The notes beneath the pieces were generated by a model. The model was not told the DNA's origin and did not search any database. It saw only the letters and a program-made list of their open reading frames with translations. The position numbers and the translations under genes are program-made. A DNA stretch of 63,825 nt, counting the filler, from Octopus bimaculoides (taxonomy: Eukaryota), in the NCBI RefSeq assembly GCF_001194135.2. It is 8 parts of 6 records of this genome, joined end to end, with 100 filler letters (N's around TTAATTAATTAA, not from the genome) between each part and the next. Parts side by side here need not be neighbours in the genome. Positions count along the whole stretch, not along the records: positions 1 to 15,478 come from NC_068997.1; positions 15,579 to 35,752 come from NC_068983.1; 6 more parts are not named here. One strand, written 5' to 3'. Position 1 is the stretch's first letter. The number at the start of each line of letters is the position of its first letter. Of the stretch, positions 10,034 to 23,195 are shown one piece after another.

Positions 10034-11479
10034 TATAGTAGAAGATACCCACCCAATATTCCGCAGAGTGCGGAGGAGACTTTTTAAGCAGTCACTCATG
10101 CCTGGCACACAAACATCGAATAAAAAAAAACAAACGAAGAAGGAAAAGTACACTATTAAATGTATATTAAAAATATGCCCGGCAAGAAGATCCCGTTTAA
10201 ACCTTGTCGTTAAGCATTTCAATTATCAGTTCTCAATGCGGAAGAGTTATTAATGGATTCCAGTAATATAGATGCGCATATAATGTACAGGATGTGGTTC
10301 CAGGTAGATTCCATATACAATATACCACGTACTAATGAATAACATAAAATAATATATGTACTAAAATGATTCTAAGGAATGGTAATTCTTTGCCTCAAGC
10401 AGGAGAGTAACTCCTCCCATTTGAAATCGTACGACCATGCCAATTGATCCTCTGGCTCTCGCCGTCTGTTCCTCTATGCGTGTTGGTTCGAAATCAGTGT
10501 CTTGTCTTTTTATATGAAGATGGGTGACGTAACTTTAAACCAGGAAGTTGTCGGTTTGTGTTCTGAATGAACTATACATATGAGGAAGTATTTAATTGCC
10601 ATTGGAAATTAACTGTCGGGAAATTTCATATTTTATACATGCATACATACATTCATACATACATACATATATATATATATAAATATATATATATATGGCA
10701 GGATTTCCGGTGTTAATTTTTACCTTCTGTTTCTTTGTAATGAAATATCTTTATACTAAATATAATACTAAGGCCCAACCCCCACCAATGTCTTCTTTTT
10801 TAATACTCTTGTCGCCTCTCATCTAATGTGAAACTATGATTTTCTTTAAATTTCGTTGATTCTTAAATGAATATAAGAGACAAACAGAAAAGAAAAGTAC
10901 ATTTAACATATGTTTCGTCTATAACATAAATTTGTTCGTTAAATGTGATCCGGTATTTTTCTTTCTTTTTCGGAAGTCTTTTCTCTTAGGTAACTTCCTT
11001 AAGAGAAAACTTTCTTGTCTTCGTGATTGTTATTGTTTGTGTGGTATTTTGGCTCCAGTAAAATCTAAAGAATATCTATGAACAAAGGTGTTTTCCCCAT
11101 AACTATACAATCTATCCTGTTTTCAAGCATAACATACTTACGCATAGATTATCAAAGGTGTCTACCTTGAAATTGATTTGACTGCAATTTCTAGTAGTTC
11201 AAGTGACTACAAAGAGCTATCTTTTTGGGGTAATTTTTCGTTGGGCATTCCACTGACATCTTTTTGTTAAAGATGCATAAGGTTTCATATCTTCACAACA
11301 GAAATTCCGTCATTGGTGTCCTGACACGGCAATGCATTGTGTTTGTTATAAGTGTGGCTTTGTTGCTTGTAGTATACTTTTTCTCATTGTGTGTCTGGCG
11401 TCACGAGCAAGCATAGGCACCATCTGGAATGTTTCACCCAACAACACATCAAAGGTATGAAAACTGGCAGGAGAGAGAG

Positions 11480-11645
11480 AAAGAGCTACATCAGTACTCG
11501 GTTGGTACTCATTTTCAGCTGAGTAGCCATACGGTAATGGGAAATGAAATGCCTTGCCTAAGGAGACAACTCATCAACAGTCTCGGAATTGAACCCACGA
11601 TATCATGATCGTTAGCCGAATATCGCTAACGCAATACCATTAATA
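11480..11645 (-). mobile_element. Degenerate CORE-type SINE
   Basis: gaaatgaaatgccttgcctaaggagacaac..ggaattgaacccacgat is the reverse complement of a tRNA head plus CORE-like segment. Confidence 0.6.
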
Positions 11646-11869
11646 TCCTCGTTGTAATTTCCCTATAATTGAACTATGACCATAATTTTTGTCAATAACA
11701 ATGGACTCTGCCCTAAACACACACTTTCTTCAACATGGTTGAATAACCAATCCTAATCAGTCAGAATTCACGGTACTGGCTACATAATTCATCCTTTTGG
11801 TCACTGAATAGAAAACACAGCTCGCAAGACCTCAGTTCAGGTGATTTTCCATCTCACCCTTGTACGCCA

Positions 11870-12460
11870 ATTCGCCACAAGGTTACCCATTTACAGTTGA
11901 ATAGACAGACTAAGTTGATTTTGGCGGAATGTGAACTTATAACGTAGGGCAACAGGACAAATACTACAAGGAACTTTTTTCCCGATGCCATCAAAGATTC
12001 AGCCAGTCGCCGCTTTATTAATAATTCTTTCTTTCTACTATAATAGTTATAAGACCTGAAAATTTGGGTGAAGGGGATAGTCGATTACATCGAGGCAAAC
12101 AGTTGGGTCAAAAGGACGAATGGTGATGTCGGCCTTGAAGGAATTTGAACTACGGACGTGAAACCAGAAGTAATGTCGCCTATCATTTTGATCGGCGTGT
12201 TAACAATTCTGCGGCTCACAGCCACACTGATATGAACAATAACAATTTCAATTTTTGGTATAAGGCCCGAAATTTTTGGAGCGGAGGCAATCCTATTATA
12301 TCTACCCCAGTACATGACTGGCACTTATTTTATCGACCATGAAAGGATGAAAGGCAAAGTCGACCTCGGCAGTATTTGAACTCAGAACGCAAAGAATCAG
12401 ATGATATGCTACTAAGCATTTTGTCGGGGGTACTAACGGTTCTGCTATCTCGTCGCTCTA
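11870..12460 (-). mobile_element. Cluster of three diverged family A SINEs
   Basis: gaaaggatgaaaggcaaagtcgacctcggc..tttgaactcagaacg (12341-12390) plus two older copies at ~11870-12010 and ~12050-12240. Confidence 0.8.
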
Positions 12461-14062
12461 ACGATACAAAGAATAATAAAAACGGTCGTGTTAGTTATGT
12501 CTGTAACCTTTTGGTTGTAGAACTGTTATCAAGGTTTGATAAATGAAAATACTATGAAAATGGTGGCTATAGAGAAGATGATGCTGTACCAATGGACCAA
12601 ACTCAACATAACCTGTCATTTATGTTTTGAAACAAAGCTTATGACATTCTGGAGATATTCCCACGATTATTACAAAACTATATTTTACTAAAACGGTTTT
12701 AACTCACAGTTGAAGCTACTTTACTGCGTGTACGTCGTAAAAACCGTCCGTGAAAGACATAAAACGTCATTATATACCATTACTTCTCTCTGAACATACA
12801 AGGTCTTTGTGCTTAAATAGACGAGATCTTATTGTAAAGGATTCATTTATCTCACATATCAACTAGAGGACTCAATTATCAACTTATGGTAATATGCAGG
12901 GTGTAGGGGTACATGGTGAGAGGGGAGAGAATTGGCACGAGGAATAAGAAATTTTAACCCGTAGACTCAGTACCAATTCTTGACAACCGAGCGAATGGAA
13001 AGCACATAGACGTTTATTGTTCGCGCTTAGGCAACGCTACGCTAAAACTCATCACTTGTGAACGCATTGAAGAAGCAGCTTGTACGTGCAGGCATGGCGT
13101 GCTAGGAATAATAGCCAAATCTAACCCCAGATCAGATTCTAGCGTCGTAGAAATAATGGATTACGAATAATACGCAAAAAACAAGACATGGTCATGGATG
13201 GACTTTTATTCATAGCAGAGCTTGCTCGGAATTAATAAGAACAAGAACGATTTACAACTTGGAACACTTACAACAATATTGTCCAAACATTTTCTTAGTT
13301 AATTCACTTTTACAAACACAAAACTGCACTTAAAAAAGGAATGTTGCCTATATTTTTTTTTATCCTTATGGGTGTGTCATTTCAATGAATTTAAAATCAT
13401 ATTCAGCTCACTGCAATAAGTATGGTAGCTTGCACTTAGCTATATACATCTTCATTATGCAGAAGGCATCACTGGAAAATTTTCCAATGTCATTTATGAC
13501 AGTTCTATCTCCTGAAACAAATATACAACAGCCAGGCCTTCTCCTCGTTTACTTTGGAATAAAAGAAAACACTTTTGCTTAAGAAATACCTCCTACAAAT
13601 AATGAAAAAGAAACTCTCGTTTGTCCATAGCACTCATCCTAACCATGTAATATTAAATATAATATACTAATGGTCTAGTGGATATATTACATACAGATTT
13701 TAAAAATGCTCGGATATCATCGGCGAAAGCACGGGTTTCTGTTTGTAGGATCTACCTAGCAATTTCATAGACAATATTGGTAAGTAGCTTTCTTTAAAAC
13801 TTTTCTTACAAATATGCATATCTCCACATACTAGTACATCATCTAAGAAATTTTAAAACGTAAATGTAAGACTATGACTGTGAAATTTAAATAAGTATTA
13901 ATAAGTCAAATTTCAATAAGTATATCCTGTTATTATTCTATCTATCTATCTATCTATCGTCTGTGTTTCCTCTCCCCTCCTTTTGAAGTACACGCTTCAA
14001 TAGACGTGAATATCCGTATATACATGCATGTACATAACTATATATACATGTATGTATGTATA

Positions 14063-14097
<35 letters not shown>

Positions 14098-14582
14098 NNN
14101 NNNNNNNNNNNNNNNNNNNNNNNNNNNNNNNNNNNNNNNNNNNNNNNNNNNNNNNNNNNNNNNNNNNNNNNNNNNNNNNNNNNNNNNNNNNNNNNNNNNN
14201 NNNNNNNNNNNNNNNNNNNNNNNNNNNNNNNNNNNNNNNNNNNNNNNNNNNNNNNNNNNNNNNNNNNNNNNNNNNNNNNNNNNNNNNNNNNNNNNNNNNN
14301 NNNNNNNNNNNNNNNNNNNNNNNNNNNNNNNNNNNNNNNNNNNNNNNNNNNNNNNNNNNNNNNNNNNNNNNNNNNNNNNNNNNNNNNNNNNNNNNNNNNN
14401 NNNNNNNNNNNNNNNNNNNNNNNNNNNNNNNNNNNNNNNNNNNNNNNNNNNNNNNNNNNNNNNNNNNNNNNNNNNNNNNNNNNNNNNNNNNNNNNNNNNN
14501 NNNNNNNNNNNNNNNNNNNNNNNNNNNNNNNNNNNNNNNNNNNNNNNNNNNNNNNNNNNNNNNNNNNNNNNNNNNNNNNNNN

Positions 14583-14622
<40 letters not shown>

Positions 14623-15222
14623 TGTATATTTTGCATGCGTATCATGCATATGGAAACAGCTTTACTTGTATATTACATACATTATAGAATATTATATACG
14701 CGTATATAACTTAGCGGTTTGGCATAAGTAACCAACAGAATATTGTACCAGGCTTTAAAAAAATAAGTCTTGGTGTCGATTTGCTCGGCTAAAACCCTTT
14801 AAAGCGATGCCCCGGCACTTAATTAAGAGATAACATTTATATATATACGATTGTGTCTGAATATAAGGCATAGAAAATACATTGAGATATTCAGATAAAT
14901 TTTACATTGTTAAAAAGTTATGTGAAGTAGAATTAAATAAGTTGTTTAGACAGAATACATGGTTATTCTTTTATCAAATTTGGCAGTCCTCCGTATCACC
15001 CCGCTTTCAGGTCTCGTTAGTCTATGCCATATATGTGTCTGCGTATGTATGTGCGCGCATACACACAACTATATTTATAGATAGATATATACTTTCGTTT
15101 ATTATAACTGACACTCACGTGTAAGTATTACTGCATTGCCAAAATGTTCTAAGGAAATACNNNNNNNNNNCATATATACACAGTGGCGTGTGTGCGCATA
15201 TATATATATCTATATCTATCTA

Positions 15223-15357
15223 AATGGGTAAAATATTATTATAAAATGTGGTAATTAATCATATATTAATTAATATCTATTAATTATCCCTGATAATTAA
15301 TCGATATTAATTAATACATGATTAATTACCACATTTTATAATAATATTTTACCCATT
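15223..15357. repeat. AT-rich palindrome: 66-bp arms, 3-nt loop
   Basis: 15223-15288 vs the reverse complement of 15292-15357: 2 mismatches, loop cct. Confidence 0.92.
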
Positions 15358-15522
15358 ACCCATTTTCTCATACTGAATATATACGACGCAGTAAATATTT
15401 TCTGCAGATATATTCCTGAAATTGGCGCGCCAAAACGAAGACTTTTCAATTTTACCATTAAGCTGTAATTAGCAGATGNNNNNNNNNNNNNNNNNNNNNN
15501 NNNNNNNNNNNNNNNNNNNNNN

Positions 15523-15534
15523 TTAATTAATTAA
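15523..15534. other. Assembly gap linker (about 44N-TTAATTAATTAA-44N); also at ~35797, 38901, 40771, 46603, 57738, 62049
   Basis: The same six-frame-stop 12-mer is always centred in a ~100-nt N block. Confidence 0.95.
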
Positions 15535-15639
15535 NNNNNNNNNNNNNNNNNNNNNNNNNNNNNNNNNNNNNNNNNNNNGGCGGAGAGTTACTCACGTTTC
15601 TTGCTTAAATAAAAGAAATTTTATTTAACAAACTGTAAC

Positions 15640-15895
15640 GCTAAAGACCGAGGTTACCGTGGTCTTTTCGTAGGTTTTTCTTTCCACGGATAACCTCCCC
15701 ATTTATTGGGAATAATTTGTATTATTTCGTATTTTTTGTAAATACCCCAAACGTTTTGCGATGTTTTTTTTCATCGTTGTCCCCACTTTTGTTTTTTTTT
15801 CTGCTTTGTTTTCGACCCCCTCGAAAAGAAAAAATCTACATTTGTATTTTGTCCCCTCTGTGTTGAGCCCTGTGTGGCTAATAAAGAAACCTATC
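15640..15895 (+). mobile_element. Probable LINE (Tx1-like) 3' UTR fragment
   Basis: Ends ttgtcccctctgtgttgagccctgtgtggctaataaagaaa, similar to the tail at 7757-7798. Contains the hairpin gaggttaccgtgg/ccacggataacctc. Confidence 0.5.
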
Positions 15896-16984
15896 TTTGC
15901 TGAAATGTGCATGAAACCATATAATTTTGTTGAATAAGCCCCCAAGTACAAGAATGGTATTTAATTGTATCTATCTAAAACGACAAATGTCATGTTCAAC
16001 TTTAGAATACAGAAAGAACGAGCGATTTCAAAAATATAGTTTCTGTATCTAAATGATGGAAAATCATAGGTTGAACTTGAGTGGAATTAAATTGAAAAAA
16101 GGAGTAAATAAATATATCTGGCTAATTACACAATCTGTCACTTATATGTTTCAGCATTTACTGACCATTAATGATTACGTTACATGGAGAACGAAACTAA
16201 ATTTTTTGGATTCCAGCCTGTAATTCCAAAATAAAGCTTGTTTCAGTCTGAAGTACGTTTGAGCGCACAGAATCATGCAAGACGGTGATAATAGCATTTT
16301 ACATTGTTTGCTTGAAGTGTTTGCGGTAACGATGCGGAGAAAAGCTGTTTCTCTCATTTGATTTAATTGAGATATAGGGCGATAAATTGAATCTCGCATG
16401 GGTGACTCTGCAATACCATGGATTATTTTGCAGTTTTCAAGTATATGAATAGACGAATGCATGAATAAGTTGTTATAAACACTTATAGTTAGTTCTGTGA
16501 AAATGTACGAAATGCAGTGAGACAATGGGACCCTTAATTACGAGTGATTGCGAAATTGGCTGCTTGTTTACAATTTGAACGGTCATTAGCGTTAATGGCA
16601 CTTCTTGCCAAAAGAGATAAAGGAGAGAAATTGGAAATTCAAAATAGTTTTAAAAATATGAAGATGCTCTTGGGAATTCGACGGAGCATACACATATAAG
16701 GGTATGTATTTCATTGTCTTATAAGAAATTCCAATAATTATAAGTTTATATCATTAATATTTGTTTCCAAGGATCCAGAGTCTAAATCCCTTAGAGCTTA
16801 CCCCTTTTGTTTTATTTATTCACAATATTCAAATCTTTGATTGTGACAGATATCTAAAGTAAAGTAAACCTGTGAAGCGTATATCATAAATTTGTGTGAG
16901 AGAAATTCGTGACTCTTTACCAACCACGCTTTGGAATTACTCTCTGCATAAACAAGACATTTAAAAGTAGGTCATCATTTGTAT

Positions 16985-17343
16985 TTTCTTCTTTTTACAT
17001 GTTTCAGTCACTAGATTGTGGTTATGCAGCAGCACCGCCTTCAATCTCCGTACTTAGTTTTTCAGCTATTCTAGCCTCTCTTTTGCCGAACCACTAAATT
17101 GCGGGTACTTAAACTCACCAGAACCGGTTGTCAAGCAGTTGTGACGGAATAAAAATGCACTCACACTTGCAGCCATACTCTCATATATATACATATATAC
17201 GGACGACGAACTTCTTTTTAGATTCCGTCTTCCACAAGGATTTAGTCGATTATGGTAAAAGACATATGCCCCAGATACCACCTAGCGGAGCGGAACCCAG
17301 AACCACGTGGTTAGTAGGCAAGCTTCTTACTACACAGCCACGC
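16985..17343 (-). mobile_element. tRNA/CORE SINE family B, full length and diverged
   Basis: Minus head ggcgtggctgtgtagtaagaagcttgcc..accacgtggttctgggttcc, internal (TA)-rich tract, tail ttagtggttcggcaaaagagag. Confidence 0.8.
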
Positions 17344-18258
17344 CGTTCAGTAGACTTAATAAAAAAGTTTTAAGAATATCAGTATTAAAAACACATTATG
17401 AATCAATATTATGGAAAAATGATGAACGGCAGAAAAAATACATGCCCTCGTAGAAACTTATAATATTGAGTTATGTTTGTTCATATTCTAAACTTGATTT
17501 GAAATTCCATCCAAAAATAAATCGATAAAATACGTATTAGCAATATACCAGGGTATTCCATCGACCAACTATATTCATACCCAATATATTTGTAGCCGCG
17601 TGCTAAAACTGGTAATCAATATTATTGATGCATGAAAATCGTCAAAACGTTAAATTATACAAATCTATAAATTAAGACAGGAAACAGGTTTGCTTATCAT
17701 TGACTCTTTCGGAAAGAATTAAAATTTAATACAATTTGTTTTTGCGAATTGATCTTTTTAAAGTAACTGAATCAATAANNNNNNNNNNNNNNNNNNNNNN
17801 NNNNNNNNNNNNNNNNNNNNNNNNNNNNNNNNNNNNNNNNNNNNNNNNNNNNNNNNNNNNNNNNNNNNNNNNNNNNNNNNNNNNNNNNNNNNNNNNNNNN
17901 NNNNNNNNNNNNNNNNNNNNNNNNNNNNNNNNNNNNNNNNNNNNNNNNNNNNNNNNNNNNNNNNNNNNNNNNNNNNNNNNNNNNNNNNNNNNNNNNNNNN
18001 NNNNNNNNNNNNNNNNNNNNNNNNNNNNNNNNNNNNNNNNNNNNNNNNNNNNNNNNNNNNNNNNNNNNNNNNNNNNNNNNNNNNNNNNNNNNNNNNNNNN
18101 NCAGGATTTCTTAAAAATTAATGTCTTTAACACTAGGCTTATACGACTTGAATTTTCAAGGATTCTTACCAAAAGCAATCTCTGAAGGGGCACAAATTGA
18201 ATAATTTACTTCATGATACACACGAACATATATAGACACACAAACACACACACACACA

Positions 18259-18326
<68 letters not shown>

Positions 18327-18371
18327 TTCGTATGCGTGTAAGTATTTAGATATATGTATATCTATTAAGTG

Positions 18372-18936
18372 CATTACTTTTTCAGGCATGAATATGACTT
18401 CAATTTGCAAAATATCCAGTATAAAGCGCGTTCCACAATGATGCAAGTTTGATAACTCCCACTGTTACAAAGAGGATATGTACGTATATATGTGTGTATG
18501 TGTGTGTGTGTGTGTCTTTCTGTACAATCATACATGCATACACACACACACATACACGTATATGTGTGTGTATGTATGTATATATACACACACACACACA
18601 AATATGTATATGTGTGTACGTATGTATGTATATATGTATGTATGTACAATCATACATACATACATATATACATACATACGTACACACATACACGTATATG
18701 TGTGTGTATGTATGTATATATACACACACACACACAAATATGTATATGTGTGTACGTATGTATGTATATATGTATGTATGTATGATTGTACAGACACACG
18801 CACACTCACATACACATATGTATACATACATATCCTGTTTGCAACAGTGGGACTTATCTAATTTGCATCATTGTGGAACGCGCTTTATACTGGATATTTT
18901 GGGAATTAAAGTCATATTCATGCATGAAAAAGTAAT
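18372..18936. mobile_element. Fold-back (MITE-like) element: ~160-bp inverted arms around a tandemly duplicated CA/TA core
   Basis: attacttttttcaggcatgaatatgactt..tatccagtataaagcgcgttccacaatgatgcaa..cccactgtt is mirrored at 18828-18936. ctgtacaatcatac is mirrored by gtatgattgtacag. Confidence 0.85.
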
Positions 18937-18944
18937 ATATATAT

Positions 18945-19078
<134 letters not shown>

Positions 19079-19533
19079 AAAAAAGCAGATGAAGAGGCGA
19101 TAAACATTCAGCTATTCAGAAGTGCATGCATCTGGTGTCGAGAGGGTGTGAACAGACACGATGTATTTACACCAATATTTCTACAGCAGGAAATTTTCTC
19201 TGTGAAAAAATACAGTGAATCACATTCTGCGAATGTCCTTAAGTATATTTGAAAAGGTAACTAGTTTTTATTTATACACACCACTGCTTAGCGCTTTCGT
19301 CCCTTATATATAATGCGAATTTCATAGTATTAAGTATCATCACAGCTGGTCTTAACAATCGTTTTCGCGCAAAAAATACAGTAGAATGTTAGGTAACAAT
19401 CCAATTATATAAATACGGTCATCAGAGGTAGCCGACATGGAACGGAATACGGCCACTGCTCTCCACTGCCGGAGGTGCATTAGTACAACTGGCTGGTGTT
19501 TGCTGTAAACAAGTGATGAAATAGATAAAGGTC

Positions 19534-20335
19534 CACGGGATTTGACTGGGAGTTTTGTTCAGAGGTTAGATATGTTGTACAGTCGGCAAGAATTATGTTG
19601 AAGTGAGGAAAGTTTGTGTTAACAATGTGGTGTTCCTGCGGAGATGGGGTGTGTGGTATTTGTGGTATGGGGTGTGCATATATGTACATGGGTGCATTGG
19701 TGCGTGTCTTGGTCAAACACTTCTTGCTGGGCCCAAGTACGTTGGTGGGAGGTCGTTTGCAGAAGGTCGTGGCAGGGAACCTGTAGTTGCAGTCATAGTG
19801 CAAAGTACATTCTGTCGTACCTGCGTGAACCACTATGACTGCAACCACAGTTCCCCTGCCTCGACCTTCCGCAAACGATCTTGCACCAATGCCCTTCCGT
19901 CCAGCAAGAAGAGTTTGACCAAGACACGCACCGATTCACCCATGTACACAACGCACACCCCCGTAAGGAAAATACTCCACATATAACTATCCCCTACCAG
20001 CCCCAGCACATACACCCTCAACCAAGTCGTACCACCACATATAAACAGATCCCACACATACTTTATATATCACACACCGCATGCGAATATATAAAAGAAA
20101 CCCTACAGTTTCATACTTTGTAGAAAGAAAACAGAACAACGAACACAGTGCTATATACTATCTATAACCCTACAATATTTATGCATATGATAACGCTACA
20201 AATACCACAATACCACACACCCCGTCCACACAAAGACATCACATTATTAACACAAACTTTCCTCACTTCAGGATAATTCCTGCTGACTACACAACATATC
20301 TAACCAAGGGACGTAAGTCCCAGCTAAATCCCGTG
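19534..20335. mobile_element. Large diverged palindrome, possibly Penelope-derived
   Basis: Left arm 19534-19800 mirrors the right arm 19831-20335, which has an ~230-bp insert at ~19960-20190. Loop ~30 nt. The + frame CPSVQQEEFDQDTHRFTHVHNAHP weakly recalls the PLE RT-EN linker. Confidence 0.7.
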
Positions 20336-20576
20336 AAAAGCGAGCGCTCAAATTCAAAATGGTTAAATGTATAGCAACATACAATAAGATATTATAATAG
20401 CAGATTAATATATTAAGTTGTATTAAATGCATTATTATATAGGTGACTATAGAAAATAGATATGTATATATANNNNNNNNNNNNNNNNNNNNNNNNNNNN
20501 NNNNNNNNNNNNNNNNNNNNNNNNNNNNNNNNNNNNNNNNNNNNNNNNNNNNNNNNNNNNNNNNNNNNNNNNNNNN

Positions 20577-20631
<55 letters not shown>

Positions 20632-20635
20632 AGAA

Positions 20636-20668
<33 letters not shown>

Positions 20669-20887
20669 CATATGTAGGCAGTCATTCAGTATTTACATAC
20701 ATATAGCAAGAAGCATTTATGAGAAGTTATATTTGCAAATCTTGAACCTCAGTTGTAAATCTTAGTATTCATACACTATTTAATATTCGTGTCACTATTT
20801 AAAGAAAACGGTCATATTTCAACACTACGGATGCTCTTCATTAATCGAAGATTTGGTGAGGTCTGTTAGGCTTATCTAATCGAATGA

Positions 20888-21809
20888 ATGAGTTTAACGT
20901 GGATTATATTAAGAGAAATGGTGTTTTTGTTATTAAATATTTAGTGTCTTGATAACGTATGGGAAGCTTCTACTTTTGTGTTGTCAGTATCCTAAATAAA
21001 AGGTAATTTAGAAAGCAACTAAGTCCGACTGAATATAATCAAATTCCTATGCTATCATGCATCTATAACATCAGATACACTTCCCGTACCTTTATCTCCT
21101 CTATTTATCGCGGAGCTTATGAACTCTTCATTACAATACTTGTACACAACTACAATGTATGTATAATTTTTCCATTATATGGACATTATCTATTAACGTA
21201 AAAGTGTATCAGATACTCAGCGTGGTTAACAAACACAGGCTTTGCTCACTTTGAAGGGTCCCTATCCCTTTGATCTATATTCCATCACGAACAAGTCGTA
21301 CGGAATCACTTATACAATCATGATTATGCCATTATTTGCTCTAAAGCAAAATTTACCAGTTTGGGAGAGAGATCATATCAAAAATGGCCTTCAATAGACA
21401 AAACACACTTTGACATACGACATTTTTTTATTTTCAAGTAGCTACTAAAAGTAAGTAGGAACATACAAGTTTTACAGCAGTAACATTTAACAATAGAAAT
21501 ATTCAAAAGTTAAATCTCTGTATTCCTTTCTCACTTTCTCTATGCCATCAGTATTTATTTTCCTTTAACATGGGGCATTATGTATATTCCTCAGACCGTC
21601 ATATATTACCAGCTTCACGCAGACGTTTAAATTATATATATAAAATAGGTAGCTATAGCAATTAAATATGAGTTTAACATGGATTATATTCAGAGAAATG
21701 GTGTATTTGTTATTATATATTTAGTGTCTTGATAACGTATGGAAAGCTTCTACTTTTGTGTTGTCAGTATCCTAAATCAATGGTCATTTAGAAAGCAACT
21801 AAATCCGAC

Positions 21810-21817
<8 letters not shown>
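20888..21817 (+). repeat. ~150-bp direct repeat pair (20888-21038; 21668-21817)
   Basis: atgagtttaac.tggattatatt.agagaaatggtgt..gtgtcttgataacgtatgg.aagcttctacttttgtgttgtcagtatcctaaat..tccgactgaatata occurs twice. Confidence 0.9.
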
Positions 21818-21869
<52 letters not shown>

Positions 21870-22229
21870 AATAAGTTTATATTTTGCCTTATCTGATGAA
21901 CTATGGAAAATTCATTTGTATTTCCGATTGTATTCTAGTTCTACTGTTATATTCATGGTATTTAAATTTCATGAAGAACCAGCATAGCCTTAAGGTGATT
22001 GGTGAAATCATTCCTTGCAATTCTCCAGTAAAGAATCCTGATTCATTTTTTTAAATGTAGATAACAGAGCCCCTTTGTCTTTTGAACATTAATTAGTCAC
22101 GCCGTTTCAACAAAAAAAATTATAGTTTGTTAATGATTCAGCAAGTACCTATCATGAATCATATAATGATTCACTCAGGCTAAAATGATATGAATCTAAC
22201 AATTATCTGATCGAAATTTGTTCTTCCAG

Positions 22230-22271
22230 AACGAGTTTCTCCCAGACAAATTTATGTTATACGCTTCACAG
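22230..22271 (+). CDS. Candidate 42-nt exon (NEFLPDKFMLYASQ or ERVSPRQIYVIRFT)
   Basis: tttgttcttccag acceptor and CAG|GTTTGC donor; no homology support. Confidence 0.2.
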
Positions 22272-23063
22272 GTTTGCTTCATTTGAAATATCTGTCACAG
22301 TCAAAGATTTGAATATTGTGAATAAATAAAACAGTAAATAGTAACTAATTTATACAACAGTATAATGTAATCACTAATTAGGAGTATATCGAATATAGCC
22401 TTATAAAGTATTAGTGTATAAGGTCAATATGGCGTATTCTTAAAGTAGAGCAATTAGCTGACATTTCATATATAAATATAAACACACACACACACACACA
22501 CATATATATGTATATATATATATATGAGAAATTAGGATAAAGAATCGCTTATGTGGTTTCTTTCTACCTTTGTTTAACCTATTCAATTATTTGGAACTCT
22601 GCGTTGTATGTCCCAGGTGCACATATATATATATATATATATATACAGATACGCACACACGTAAACACACACATATATGTATGTATTTATATATGAATAT
22701 ATGAAATACCTATGTAGAAATACTACCCTTTACAAATAATTCATAAAAAACCAAAAAAAGCTTTCTACATGTAAGAATAGAACTACTGAAAATATTACGG
22801 TTAGAAAGACAATGATGGATGACGACAATTCTAGAGTAGGAATATGTACTATATAAAGGGATGGCATACAAACCTCAGCGGTTTAATCCTCATGCATTCT
22901 GCACTAAATTATTCAGCCTCAAGACATAAGGTGAAAGTTAATAATTAATTGATAATTAGTAATTTTATCAAGTAGTTCGATGTGTTAAAAACCATTATCG
23001 GTAAATATATAAACACAAACACAATTTAAAATTTAGGGTTCAGCAAGTATTGCTTCACCACAC

Positions 23064-23153
23064 ACCGAAAAATTAGAAATAGCAACCAAAACTACTATTT
23101 GTCTACTAAAAAGTAGAGAAATAGCAGTTTTGGCTGCTATTTCTAATTTTCGG

Positions 23154-23154
<1 letters not shown>
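23064..23154. other. Hairpin with 43/44-bp arms and 4-nt loop, built from the agaaatagcagccaaa motif
   Basis: 23064-23107 vs the reverse complement of 23112-23154: 3 mismatches and 1 bulge. Confidence 0.88.

Positions 23155-23195
<41 letters not shown>

Noticed and set aside
10320-10532. Minus-strand open frame YVTHLHIKRQDTDFEPTRIEEQTARARGSIG...
   Set aside because: No convincing donor or start, and no recognisable motif.
13950-14731. Long ORFs of YI/CV/HT/X type throughout the track (also 3075, 18400-19252, 23106, 29720, 48174, 54448 etc.)
   Set aside because: Translations of dinucleotide repeats and N runs, which lack stop codons.
15523-15534. TTAATTAATTAA palindrome recurring seven times as a possible regulatory element
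   Set aside because: Always centred in a ~100-nt N block; it is a six-frame-stop scaffolding linker.
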